A stretch of 64,000 bases of DNA from Camelus dromedarius. Taxonomy: Eukaryota. Below are positions 34,809 to 48,795 of this stretch, in pieces (within the stretch, counting starts at the first letter, position 1; the number at the start of each line of letters is the position of its first letter). The notes beneath the pieces are model-generated. The model did no database searches, was not told the origin of the DNA, and saw nothing but the letters and a program-made list of their open reading frames with translations. The stretch lies in assembly GCF_036321535.1 (NCBI RefSeq), contig NC_087441.1, positions 45,756,001-45,820,000 of the forward strand, in the 5' to 3' direction. Both the position numbers and the translations under genes were made by a program.

Positions 34809-37800
34809 ATATCTTTCTGTATATGATGGGCCCAGAAGCAGTAACTATTAGCAACTAAATTGCATACACTCCTTACTTTATTTGAAGTCTCTTTTTCTAT
34901 CTCTTTGGAGTGCACATACAGTCCTGGCTGAGGCTCAGCTTCTCCAATTCTAGGAGCTTCTCAGCACTCCAAGGTTGATTTCTCATATTTACCTTGGGGA
35001 AAATATTTTAGGAGGTGAAAGGAAACCTAGCAAATAGCCAAAAGTGCTTGGAGTTCACCTGTATGAATTTTTTTTTTCACCTGTATGAATTTTGAATAAA
35101 AATTTATCAGTTTCAAACAAACATGGCTCAGTGCAGAAGTGATCTCAAGGGGTTAGCATTTTTAAGAGCATAAAGGAGGAGGGACTTAGGAAATGGAAGT
35201 CATCCTTGCAGTTTTAACAAATTAGGATTTTTTTTTTTCTAATGACAGATATTCAAAGTCAATCACATTTTTGGAGAAAAGGAATCAGGTCTAAAGGCCT
35301 GTACTCATGTTGATTAAGATTAGATCACTTCTTTAACCCCTAGTTTCTTTTGTTCATTAGGCAATAATTATTTGTTGATTTCCTACTACAGACCAGATAC
35401 ATGTTGGGAATTCAGTGGAGAGCAAGACTGGTTTCCTGGCAGCTTGGACTCTGCAGCCTAGTGACCAAAGAAAAAGGCCTGTCTGCTGTCCCTTTCAGCT
35501 GTCCTGGCTGTCAGCACATGCCCTCACTGTACGAACTCTGTTACCAGACACTGCCCCTGGGATGAGGGTCTCCGGGCTAGCTACCACCAAAACTGCCAGA
35601 CCTTGAGACAAATATTTCCACTCAGTCAATCCCTGAATATCAGCCAGGGCCACAGGCCCAGAGCCACAAAGACAGGAGGCCTCATTTGAAAGGAACCATG
35701 TTTTAGGCCCAGGAGAATTTGAATGAGTCACTTTTTCCTTGGATGGGAGTGATTTCCACTTCATTCGATCACCTTCCCCTTTCCCCAACCCCCTGTGTCT
35801 TTAGCACGTGGCTTTACTAAAACAAGACTGAGTTTTATCAAGTCTGAAAGGACCCCACAGACTGTGGGAGTTCTTGGGTATGGAAGAATGGGGAGTCTGT
35901 CCCCTGTTTGTGTTTGTGCTGAGTGCGCTGTGTGGGCTCAAAGATATTAGGTGATTGTGAAGCCCAGGGTGACTCGAGCGAGTTGGGGGATAGTCTTCAA
36001 GTTTGAAGCACTGGCTAAGGCTGTGGCTGAATGTAGCCCACAACTGTCAGGCAAAGGATTTATTTTTATTTCATTGATGAAAAAGAAATTTGACACAAGA
36101 TTTGTGAGAATTATAAGCAGATATATTTGTAGATATGAGGAAAAATTGTCACCAATTAATTCACATAATTTGTTATTATCACAGAAAGCAGAAAATATAA
36201 AGAAAGCTTAAGAAGATAGAAATTACTCATAATTCTATCACCAAGGGATCATCACTGTTACCATAGCTCCAGTATTTTTGCGAATCATTTTTTTTTCCAA
36301 AAGAAGAGTGTATTCTGCATATTCTTTTGTAACCTGCAATTTTTTTTAATCAACTATATATTGAGAACATTTTTTTCATGTCTTGGTCTTCTATAGCATC
36401 CTTTTCAGTGGTTACTTTGTATATTCTATAGTGTGGATATATGATACATTAACTTAAATAATCTCTTTTTATTGGCTATTGAGGATGTTTCCTTTTTGTC
36501 TTCACTCCAAAGAACAGTTTTGCTTTTAATTTGGAAAGATCGCTGCTTGTGTAGTTTAAAGTAAGATCTGTCCCTGTGGAGGGCAGGGCTTTGGGTTGAA
36601 GAAGTGGCTGGCTGGGGAGGAGGTCTGGGTCTACTGATTGTTTACCTTTCTTGTCTGACTAATCAGGTTAACAATGAGCTGCCTTGATTTCCCTGCTGGC
36701 AAAATGTGATCATAAGCCTCATACCTTCCATAACCCTGAAACTTCTCAAACTTTCAGGAACATTTAGAGAAGAGCCTGTGTTGAATGATGTGAAAGCAAC
36801 ATCATGGGGCCTCTTAAGTGTGGGAGACTGATCTCCTTTCTCCACTTCAGGATAGGAATCTTGGCCTTTAAAACTTCCCTATTTTTTCTCCATGCTCTCC
36901 CTGCCCTCTCCTGCCTCCTCTCCCCCCACCACCCAACACACACCTTCATCCCAGATTGACAGTCCAAAGCGCTTAGTTTGCCAGTCTTATTCTAATGAAA
37001 AAGAGGGTTCTTTTGGCCCCTTACTCATGGCCATAGCCACAACCACAACTGAGTTTTCCTCCAATCCAAAGCATTGCCCAGCAGATGAAGCAATACATTG
37101 GACAGTAGAATGTCAAGACCATGAGAGATCACAAAGATAATCTAGTCCCCTACTCCCCATGTTATAGAAGGGGAGTAATTTGACCAATGTCATTGGGTTA
37201 ATGGCAGAGCTGGAACAATGGACTGCGCCAGGAATCATTGTGGCCAAACAATTAATTACTGTGTCTTTAGGGACAGAATGCTGGGTCAGTCCTGCATCCA
37301 ACACTTCTGAGCTGTGTGACCTTGGGAAACTTATTTAACATCCCCAAGTCTCAGTTTCCTTATCTGTAAAATGGGGATGATACTCATAATACTTATTTCA
37401 TATCATTGTTGTAAATGAGATCACATATGAAAAGGGCTGGCATATAATATTTCCATAATAAATGTTGGCTTTTATTATGAGAACAAGGATTCTTTTTTCT
37501 GTAGCACTGACTCCCTTGTTCAGGACACAACTCTCTCCACTTGATGTTTGTGTTGAAACCACAACTCTTTACCAGCAGCTGACAGTGGGATTACTCTTCA
37601 AATGGAGGCTACTCTAAGTAGGTTTGTGTTTGGGATGCCCCCAAATTAACCTGCTCCCTCTGGCCGCCTCTTGCTAACCACCAACCCAGTAGCATTTGTG
37701 TGGAAAGTGTGGAGCGTGCTGCCTGTGGTCTGAGACAGAAATGTAACCACAGTGCCAAAGAAAATTAACAACGTGGCACAGCCTAAGCATCCTGATTGTA

Positions 37801-39640
37801 GCCCAGGGATGTATAAGACCTGGAGATACATTAGCTCAGAAGGTCCCCCTTTTTCCTTAACGGACCCCGCAGCTTGTATGCAGCCACCCCACCAAATTTC
37901 TTTTCTCTTTTATGTTTAACTTAAATTTTTCTTAGAATTAAAAAAATTGAGGATTTTTAAAAACATGAATTTAGTTTCTTAAGGCCCATAGTCCTGATTG
38001 AATAAAGACAGAAATCCTAGTAAGATTATCTATCATCTATTTTTTTTAAGCAAGTCAGGTTAGTTCATTTCCATTTTAAGCCTCTTGTGTGATTGACCTG
38101 TGATGCCAATGCCTGCATCCCAGACACACCTGATTTAAGGATGGGCCACCACCATAGCGCATGTGGGAGGAGGTGAGGCAGTGTGGACCCTGAGTATCAG
38201 AATCACAGACTCTGACAGAGCTGGGTAGGAAATCCAACAACTCCTTTATTTAGGGGCAGATCCTGCCAAACCTTTTTCTTCTTTTACAGAATTTGGAAAA
38301 TATTTTTGATTATTTAAGAAATATTTATTTGATTTATCTGAAGAAACATTTTAAAGTGAAGACTGGTCTAGCATCTCAGCCCACTCAAGGTGCTTCGCTG
38401 AGTGAAGTGTGGGATTGTGTTCAAGGCCCCGGGCATCAGTACAACCAACGTGGCTGCAACAGAGATGCTGGCCAAACTGAAATCATCCATTGCGTTGTTT
38501 TCTTTCCTCCTCCTCTTCCTCCCCCTCTCTCCTCTTCCTCCTCCTCCTTTAATGAAATCAACTTATAGTCAATGAGCAAAATGAAAAACTACCAAACTTG
38601 CCTTTGTTTTGTTATATACAAAACAACAAAATCAGATGATTAAATGAACTAATACAGTGAATTTACTTCTTGCTTAATAAGTACAATTTAATTTTTGATT
38701 TCAAAAATTTTAATTTTTCTCTGTGTTTATAATTCAAAGAGAGGGATTTCTTATTTCTTTCTCATGCGACTCTGTATATATATTCAGAAAAACCTCAAGT
38801 TGTAATTTAGGTTTTTTTCACTCTCAGTAACTGTCCAAGTTACATTAGCCCTGGTTGATGTTTAGTTCTGGCTAAACTTGCTTGTTGCTCATCCCCAGGA
38901 GTAAGCCTTCGGATAAACGGATGTTTCCTCTTGTAGGAAATACTTGGGAATAATATGCCAGAATGGGGTGAATGAAATGGGCAATTGGGAGCCTTGCTCC
39001 ACTTTACAAAAAGAAGAAGACAAAGTCTCTTTCCTAGTATAAATTGATTTGCCACAGAGAACACAATAGGGCGTGGAGGATGAATAGCAGCCCCTTTCCC
39101 GTGTGAAGACCACTCCACCCCATGCAGGCCCCGACGGTGTTTTCGAATATAAACCGTGTTCATGCCTCTGCACTTACACACAGATGTGGGGCCCACTTCA
39201 GGGCCCCGTTTTAATGAACTGACCGCATGTGTTGTACGCAGTTGTTGAGTCAATACATATGACCATGGTGTGCTTACCCATATAGACACACTCCTCTGGC
39301 AAATATACAGTCTGTCCTGAACAACAATGCCATTAGAATCTTTCTCTTTGTTTTATTTGTCCAAAGTCAAACATTCACTCCTTCAGATCACCAGTATATT
39401 ATAAGCCCGGTGCTGGCCCACACTGCTGCAGGACTGGGACAAAGAGATGATGTTACAGTCTGGTTTCTATGGCAACAGAGGAGGGGTAATGAAAACCGAA
39501 ATGTTGGAAACACCCATTCTGACAATTGTGACATAATTCAGGTTATTACAAGGACGTAACTACCAAAGAAGCAGAAATGTCATTACCTTGCAGCTCGCGT
39601 CGGCAAAAAGCTACACTGCACATTTCTCTTAGTTGGGCTG

Positions 39641-39917
39641 NNNNNNNNNNNNNNNNNNNNNNNNNNNNNNNNNNNNNNNNNNNNNNNNNNNNNNNNNNNN
39701 NNNNNNNNNNNNNNNNNNNNNNNNNNNNNNNNNNNNNNNNNNNNNNNNNNNNNNNNNNNNNNNNNNNNNNNNNNNNNNNNNNNNNNNNNNNNNNNNNNNN
39801 NNNNNNNNNNNNNNNNNNNNNNNNNNNNNNNNNNNNNNNNNNNNNNNNNNNNNNNNNNNNNNNNNNNNNNNNNNNNNNNNNNNNNNNNNNNNNNNNNNNN
39901 NNNNNNNNNNNNNNNNN
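39641..39917. other. Assembly gap (277 N)
   Basis: Run of N. Confidence 1.
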
Positions 39918-42357
39918 TTAGCTTTTGCAATACTCGGTTTGCATGTACTGAAAGTCATCTGTCTTCTGAGTCAACATTCCCGGCCTGGTAAAGAACCTGA
40001 TCAGGGCTCTGGTGAACAAGCCGTAGGTAAGGGAGATGCACAATTGGAGGGTGTGCCGTTGACATGGGATCCTTTTTTTCACTGTCAGCATGACATGTTA
40101 CCTGTTTCTGGGCTGCAAACGTATCTCTATAGCAATGCACGAGTGTCCTGCGTTAAATCCACTGAGGCTGGCAGGTAAACTTTAGTCCTTCCCACTCAAA
40201 ATACAACATTTGATTTCTTAACCAGATTTTAGACGGGGAGATGTAGTATAGAATTGTATAGTTTATCAATTTGGGGTACATACGCTACTCTTTGACTCTG
40301 CATTTGAATATGTAGAAAGTTATTTTTCCCCCAAATGTGAACTCAAATAATTGGTTAGCTTTTTTTTTTTTTTTTGGCATAATGATTTCACTTTGCTTTG
40401 TTTCGTTTTTTAAATTTAAAAAAATTGTAGTATGTCTTGGGGTAAAAATATTTACCTAAAATTTAATTTTTACAATTGATGTGAACATGCAAGAGAGGTT
40501 TTTTTAATTGAATTTATTTTTTATATACCAGATGGAATATTTTGTGTGTCTCTGTGCTCGTTTTTCCTAATTTACCAGGATAGATGAGAATACTATTTAT
40601 TGCTAGTTGCTGGTCTTAGTTTTGGGAAAGATACCCAGGTGACTGTGGAGTATCAGGAGCAGTTTTCCCAAGTTCAAGTACAGAGAGTCACCTCCTTCCC
40701 AGGTGGGCATTATATGACTCGAACCCAGTGTCATGAAGCTTCCTTTCCAGGTTGCCTGCTAAACAGGACAGCACAGTGGATGTGAGGTACCGGCTGCAAG
40801 AAAGTCATTTGACCGATGGTTGAGGCGCTAAGTCAAAGTTCTTTCCCCTCCTTGTAACAGTGAAGGAGAGGGGGCTCATGGTGTTGTCTCTCGGTGCTGT
40901 GACAGTACTCGAGAGGGTCAGACAATCAGTAGCTTCCTGAGAAAGTGGCTTTTTGGTTGGTCTCAGAAACTGTGGTATCTGAGACAGTAATCCAGGCACT
41001 TCTGAATCCAGATGTTTGTTGTATACTCTGTTATACTGTTTTTCTTCCTTTTTAACCAGAGCGACCATTTTTGAAGAGTGAAAAACATAGTTGCTTTTTT
41101 TGTTTTTCTTGACTCTTTTTTTTTTTCCAATAAAATAGGATATTTGGAGTGAAAGCATAAAAATAACTGAAGGAATTTACAGTGTGGAAAAGTAAACTAC
41201 CTAGGAGTGCAGTGTTCGTGTGGAGCAGTTTTTGGTGTGTTGTTTGGTAGAACTAGCCTGAAAAAATGGGCCGGGGATTTGAGCAACAGCAGCTCAGTAA
41301 AGATTACCTAGAAAAGCAATAGTGATCATCTACACTCAAGTAAGTGTACGTGTAGAACCTTCAGTTTTAGGAAAGTTGCTTGGTGGCTTCACAGTCTTTA
41401 TCTTTTAAGTACATTTGTGACAGATATTTTTATTTTCTTCAACTCTGTAAATTGCATATGTGGTAAGGCTCTATAATATTTTGGTAAATTTATATCTGCT
41501 TGATTTGTGGAATTACAAGAAAAATGCAAATCTCACAAACACCGGGTTCTTTTATGTTTAACATGCTTAAATTTCTTCCCTGTGCCACTGAAATTACTTT
41601 TATTTTGCTACCAAAACCTACCCCCCAAAACAACAACAACAAAACTAACAAGTAAATGAACAATAATAGAAAGAAAAGAAAACAATAAGAGAAACAAGAG
41701 AAAATTGCTCTCCGTCATTTATTTGCTTTTGGTGGTGTGTTTTCGAGGCAAGTGAAACCAGCAGAAGCAGTTTCACTTTCTGGTTCTTGGTTTCTGGGGG
41801 CTGGGGTTGTGGGGGCTTCTCCAGCATCAGTAAGACAAGCAGACCAGCAGCTAGAGAACAAGCCAACCTCAGGTACTGCCTCTGCTGTAAGAACTTTATA
41901 TTGAAGATTCAAAAAAGTAATGAGTTTTTAAATGTGAAATAATGTTTGCTTGTTATAAAAATTCACGCGATCGCCCAAAGTACAAAGATAGAATTTAAAA
42001 AAATATCTTAAGCTTTAAATGATGTGAAAAATCACAAGCAGATTGCGTTAAACCTCTCATATTGTGGTGGCTTTTATGTATTTTTTCCAATCTCAATTTT
42101 GGATCTTAAATACTTCAACAAGTTTCAGGAAACATTGCTGAAGTTCCCTTAACACAAAACTAGGAATGCTGAGAAATAACCTTTACGTTCATTTAGGGAG
42201 TTCAATTTTAGAGTGTTCTGTAGGTCTGTTTACAGTTTGGGGTGGCGGGAGGACACATCACACACATTCACTCCCCCTGAAGACACCTTGGAGCCAATTC
42301 TGGGATCCGGCAGAGGTGGGGAGGAGCGCGAACTCGCTCCCCGGTCCAGGCAGAGCT

Positions 42358-42394
42358 CGGCGGCGGCGGCGGCGGCGGCGGCGGCGGGGGGGGG
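42358..42394 (+). repeat. (CGG)10 followed by a G run
   Basis: Ten perfect CGG units at 42358-42387, with G continuing to 42394. Confidence 0.95.
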
Positions 42395-42669
42395 ACGCGG
42401 CTTCTCCGAGTCTGTACCCCTGGAAGCCACAGCATCACTCTCACGCCAGGTGGCCCGTTCCACACGTCCTGGAGAGAGCAGGAGACATTGCCTCTGGTCG
42501 GGCTGGGGGCTTCAGAGTCCAAGCACCTCCAGTTTCATTCCGTGCTGCTGAGTCTTACGCGCTTTTATTCAGGGATGGTGTGGGAGAGAAGGGAAAGGAG
42601 GTGAGGGAAGGCTCTTTTCCAACCAAATTATCAAAGGGCATAAAATTCGGTGTAACATTTTGGAGATGA

Positions 42670-42862
42670 AGTCTGGAAAGCAGTCCCTTTTGGTGTGAGC
42701 TCACGTGCTTCTGAATTTTGGTGGGCAAATCTGGCATTTCTAGGAGAGAGCTTTGTTTAAATGCCTCCTTGGACATCTCACTTCTTAATCTTGCAATCTC
42801 CCGAAAGGCTAGTTTGAGGTTTACACGTTTTTAATGTTTTTGTTGCCTTCAAAGGCAGACAG
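42670..42862 (+). other. SCML4: Probable non-coding first exon of SCML4 (start approximate)
   Basis: Strong donor CAG|GTGAGG at 42863 in repeat-free sequence. Position and orientation fit recalled human SEC63-SCML4 synteny, where the first coding exon lies tens of kb further on. No SCML4 coding sequence is visible in the window. Confidence 0.5.
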
Positions 42863-45800
42863 GTGAGGAGAGGCAAGGGGGATTAGAAACAGCTCCTGGG
42901 AGAAAAATCAAATGGTTTGGTACGTATATAATGTAACAGAAGCCACCACTGTGTCTGGTAAATTACTCTAAATTTTAATTAATAAGTCACAAAAGCCACA
43001 CCAGAAGCTTTAAAAATTACCCCTTTATCAATAAGGTGATAATTAACTTTCTCTGGAATTAGCAATTCTCTCAGCCCCGGGCAGTATGCAGCCTAGTAAG
43101 TTGTCTGGAATCTTGCCAATTTTTAACAATTGGTCTTTTGGCAAACCGACTGGATTTTAATTCAAACGTCTATTGTGACATTTTCCAATGTGGTTCAGAG
43201 ACCATTAGGATCACCCAAATTGTGGTAAAATTTCTGAGGCTGAAAGCTTTGCTCAAAGTGTTTGGATTGTGTTTCAATCTGTCTCTTTCGTCGTATTCCT
43301 TTTCTACCTTTTCTCCCCAAACCTCTATTTGCAAGAACGCCACATGCTAGTCTCTGCTATAAATCTCTGCTATAAATCGCTGTGGCGAATCCTGCATTTG
43401 TTGGTACGTACAGACCAAGTTTGAGTGTTTGGCTGCAAGCCCACGAGTTTCTAAGTGTTTGTCATTGTTATTGCATTCATCTCGGTTTCAGTTCTGGCAA
43501 GGGTTCATTCCTTAATATTTCTGCAAACTCTCACCCGCATTGTCAGATGCTAACATTTAGATTGATGCTTGAAGGAAGGGAGCTGCAGGCCAGTTTGGAC
43601 GTGCTTACAGGCTGTTTGAAATTTGGTTTATTCTGACCTATCAATGTCTGAGGAGGTACAGGAGTACTGGGCATTTGAGAGCAGCCTGCTCCACAACACC
43701 TTCTCCCTACTGCCAACACACCTACTCCCCTGTGTTGCTAGTCGCTGGTAGGTGACATTTGGAGGCAGCTTAAGGAGGGACACTGCTCTTTGGCCATAGT
43801 GGCTGGCTGGAAGTCAAGTGGCGATGGGTGCAAATCACTCCTTCAGAAGTCAGATTTCTCTCTCCATCCTCTGGGTTCTTCAGATATTGGCATTGGTAGG
43901 CTGTTGCTTCTCTCAGCCAAGAGACCTGGCTAGGACCTGATGCTGGAGACAAAGCTTCCTGCCAGGTTAAACTGGCCCTTCTGACACAGTCTAGAACATC
44001 CCTGCCTTTAGGAGAGTGGGCTGGAGATGAGCAGTCAGCAGGATTTGTGCATTCTGGAATAAATCAGCATTTTTCAATCAGAAGAGGTACTTGGCCACCA
44101 CTGAGGAGATAAAACACCTCTTCCTTCTTGCAGTGATTACTTTGTGGACTACCATTTTAGGACAGGAATGGACTTTGCATTAGACTGAAAAGTCATTCCA
44201 CTGAGTCTGTGTGACACCTTGGTGTAATGGGAGTGTATTCTGAAATCCATACACTGGATTCCCAGGGGTTGCTATTGTTACAGTTTGACCAGTTGTGTTT
44301 TATAGAGAATCTGGTGGCACCAAACCATACGAACTCCTCTTTATTCTCTCACCAACTCAGACACGGTCTACCCTAAATTTTTATTTGTGGGGAGTCATAC
44401 ATGCATTTCCTTTTCAGCAGCCGCATTTATTGATCAGATAGATGGAACTTGGTCCCGGTGTTGCTGCTTTTTAAGGAGGATTGGCACTCCTTTGAGCCCT
44501 TTGAGGAAGGGACTGGGCTGAGGAGTGGTGGCCTTTCTGTCTCCATAAAGCATTCAATACAGAAGCAGAGGAGTGGAGTTGGCTGCTGTGAGAAAATTAA
44601 TGTGCCAGGGAAAAATAGCATCAATGCTGTGCTTTGAAAGGTGGTGACGTTGTCTGGTTAGCCCTGTGATGGTGACTCAACTTTTGGGAGCTGAATATTT
44701 GGTAACAAAAGCCTTTGCCCTTTTTCTGTCCCTGTGCTGACCATCCTAGAGCAAAAGCCGTAATTCTTTCAAAACAGAAACAATGACTTGAAATTCATCC
44801 TGAAGAAACATGCAGCCTTTCGTGAAGATGGGCTTTAAATTTGGGAGCAAATGCTCATGTGGGCAGAGCAAAAAGTTATGCTGGTTGGGTCCCAGTCCAG
44901 CCTAGGGAAAATGGCACTGGACAAAGAGGTACCAAGATAAAACCCAGAGGAGAGACCTATTCTATCCCCCTTCCAGTGAGGACTTCCAGTGAGCTTAGTC
45001 CACCCGCCTTCCATCATTTCGCCTCCTGTAATCCCCTGGTGCTGTTTGAAAGGCTTCAGTAATAGTCAACAGTAGCATATGGCTGTCAGCTCACAGACCT
45101 TGGGCCGTTTTCTTTTGGACTAAAGGCAAAATTTCTGTGTTCCCTTTCATATTTGTTCACAAGTCATCCTGGGACATCACCCTTCTGATGAGAAAACCAG
45201 GGTTGAACACCAAGGAGTGTGTTTTTCCCTGCTGTTGGGAGCCAGGCCCTGAGCCCTCTCACCCGGCTGATGTTAACACTCACAGTGACCATGTGTGGAT
45301 GCAACCTTGGATGCAGTCTTTGAGGTGGCCTGAGGCTGGCCTCAGGATTTGAATCCTATTTTGATAGGGCTTTGGAAAAGAAGAATTGAAGAGAAAAACC
45401 CAAGGTGAAAACCAACTTTGGAGCGTTCATGCTTTTTGTTTTGAAGCCGGGATTTGGAGGTTGTATTATGTAATCAATTCCTTTGGGCCTGTTTCTAAAC
45501 TATTACAAGTCAATAGAAATCATTCTCATTCTTTGGACCTTCCAGAAAAGAGGCTGACCTCTTTCCTTCACAGTCCTTTAGGATTTAGCACCCTCACTAT
45601 TGGGAAATTATGGTGATGTCAAGCCTTGATCATACAATTAGCTTTTAAGATATGCTATTTTTCCCACAATGAATAACTCAAAAATGTTTTGTGAAGCATT
45701 GGGTTGATTGATCAGTAAAGAACTCCATTGTGGGAATAGAATTCTATCATGTTTCAGTCCTAAGAAACCTGTGGTCACTGATTTGGTTCATGCTATTGCC

Positions 45801-48609
45801 ATTGCATCCTATGCTGGGGGACTTTGCCATGAGATTTGCGGGTCAATACAATAGCTGTCAGTGCTTTCCCCTTCTATGAGAATGCCCCCTTTCAGGTCAA
45901 AAGATGCTCAAGGGTATTTGATGATATCACTTTAAAAACTTCATTTGGAAAATGCTTCAGGTGGAAAGCTGTAGAAAGCTTTAAATCTTGGTGCACAAAT
46001 TACAAACAAAGCATAGAAACAGTGAAAAAAAAAAACAAAACTCAACAGGCTCTAATGCCTGAGATCACCACCCACAGTGTGAAAAAATACCCCTGTATTG
46101 AGTGTTTGTAATGTAATTAATAGCAAGCATTTAGCATAAATAATGAGGACAAACTGTGTGGTGGGGCTGTGTTGGTGCCTGAGGTGGAAATAGTTAATTG
46201 GTCCCACAGTGAGAACCTGTACAACTCTGCATTGTGTTAATGAGACCAGGTGAATATAAGCTCTCTCTAGGGAATTGAAGGTAAACATTCAGGTTGGGGT
46301 GCAATGTGTGTGACAGTGTGAGGGCCAAAGATATGTGCTGGTATAGTGGACTGGTCCTTTCTTTCTATTGCCCTTTTTTTAGAGGTCACTTGGCATGAAC
46401 CTAATAGAGAATAAAGGACCTAAAAGTTCTCTGATAGCAGAGGAAGGGAAAAGCACATTCAGAAAAGTTTGTCTCTTACACATGTTTCCTTGGAAGCAGC
46501 CCAAATCTGCTAGGGTCAAGTAAAGAGAAATTGAGTTCTTACTACTTGGCTTGAAACCGGAATAGTGTGGAATAAATGGGAAGTATAGTCATTTTTAAAA
46601 AATCTATTTCGGTTAGACTACTGCGTTTATGACTATATTTGACATTTTCATGCCTGAGGAAAGAAAGTTCCATGGGACCAAAGATGTAACTGGTCCTTAT
46701 AGGTTTCTAACAGTGGACAGTGTGGGTTGTATGGCTTCCTGGGCAAAGTTAGGCAGACCCAAGCAGCTCTTTGGTTGAGATTTCCAATATTCTGCTTGTG
46801 TACCTGGTAGATGGGTTATCAGTTTCAAGGGGGTTTTCTTTTTCATCTGTGAGAATAGAGATTTGGGACAGGATGAGGAGAATTTATATTGGGACCATGG
46901 ATTCACTACATCCCAGACCATTTTCCAGCCAGCTCACCTCTCTGTGGAAGCTGGAAGGTTAAAATAATAACCTAAATAATGAGCTTGAGGGGAAATCATC
47001 TGACATTTGAAGGGAATAGTTAAAAGTAAAAACCAATTCTCTGTGAAGAGGTCTCTACGTGATTCCCAGATCCTTTGAGTGAATGGGTTTTGACGACCTC
47101 CCTCCCAGGGCAAGCCTCAGTCTCTTTTCTAGTGTCCCTCCTCAAGACGCTACCCCTTCCCTTGTTGGAAGCTCTAACTGTTAGCGAGGGAGGTTCGCAG
47201 CTTCTTCCTCCAGTAACTTCTTCCTCCTGTGAGGGCCTCCTTTTGTCCTCAGAGCTGTACATAGTAAATCCAAATGGAGCAGCATGGATTTTGAATGGGA
47301 AAAGTCTTGTTTCATGGCTACCAATGTGACCCAGGGCAAGTATCATGGCAACTTTGGGCCTCCCTGAACCTCCCTTCCTTATGGGAATTCCTGTGGGTCC
47401 CCACAGCTGAGGCCCAGTGCTTTGAATATGGCAAATGCTCAATAAATATTTGTTAAATGGATGAAAAAATGAATGAAGGATTAAATTAATGATAATGCTG
47501 GCGCAGGCAGAGGCAGCTTTTGTGGAAAGGGCGTATGCACTCTTTGGCGTTATACCTACTGTATTAGATCATAGGCTATAATATTTCAGAAGTTGTTGAG
47601 AAGGTTTACTTGGGATAATGTATATAAAGTTCAAAGGAAACAGGATATGGAAACGGGTTTTGTAAACTGTAAAGTGAAATACAAATGGTAATAAACCCGT
47701 GTTTCCATTTATTGAGCACCATACGCTCAGGGATGCTGAGGGGAGCACTAAACATGCTTTATCTCATTTTTTTTTTATTTGATCCACAGAGGAAGTCAAT
47801 ATAGGAGGGGCTATTTTTATCTCCATTACATAGATGAGGAAACTGAGGCTTATGTTAACTTGCCTTGGGTCACATGGCCATATGAAGTCTGCTGAGTCTT
47901 TCCTTCAGTTTTGAAAAGCTGACGAGGCGTCCGTGTCTTTTCACCTGTGAGGGCTGAAGAGAAAGAGCTCCTTCATGCTTTAGAGCTAGCTCCTTCTGCT
48001 CGGCCGGGCTGGGCTGTTCCCAGGTCCAGCAGGTTCCAGAAAGGAAATGATTCCCTGGTGTTTCCACTGGGAAAGGCATTTTTGATCCACAGCAAACTTC
48101 TCTTAAAGCAGTGGACTCTGAGGCCTGTTGGACTCAGCCCTCATTTTTATTACAAATATTTTTTAATGCCCTGTTTACAATTCTGAAGTGAATTTCCCAG
48201 ATAATCTAACCCACCCACACCCATGATTTAAGAAAAATCAGCATGATGTCATAACCGAGATACGAAGAAGAATGAAGGCAATGTAATTCGTAACTACTTC
48301 CAGTGCAGGCGCCCCACTCTGGATGCCACGTGGAGTGATCAGGTGCTTGCCGTCCGCTACCTCTGCTGCAGCCCCAAACAGGCATGTGGTATTGAGGACT
48401 CAGACAACATGAGCTCATGCTGCTTCCAGTGACATGATTCTCCAAAATGGTAAACAACTCTTGCAATTCTGAGCAAAACAGAGAACAGTCTTCCCTTGAC
48501 TTATGTACTAGTTGCATTCCTGGAAAGTATTATAGCTGAACAGAATTACATTATGTTTATACATAAAATGAAGTTAGTTCTAGGTTCAGAAAAACGAGGT
48601 CTTCACTTA

Positions 48610-48795
48610 CGTGACTGTGTGGTGAGACAGTGCTTTATTATGTAGGACAGCTCCGTGCACCCAGCATCCCTGGCCTCTGCCCTCTAAGTATAGTAATGCT
48701 CACCCTGCCCCCAGCATTGGACCAGGTAAAACCATCTCCAACGCATTTCCAAAATGCCCCTCTATAGGGGTGTCATCACCACCTCTGAACACCTG
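48610..48795 (-). mobile_element. MER20-like hAT MITE
   Basis: CAGCATCCCTGGCCTCTGCCCTCTA and CATTTCCAAAATGCCCC match the MER20 reverse complement. Confidence 0.6.

Noticed and set aside
39577-40178. Long ORFs spanning N gaps (also 6660-6965 and 51870-52332)
   Set aside because: Artefacts of N being translated as X without stops.
42166-42669. Poly-Ala, poly-Arg and poly-Pro ORFs
   Set aside because: All are by-products of the CGG array in different frames and none resembles SCML4.
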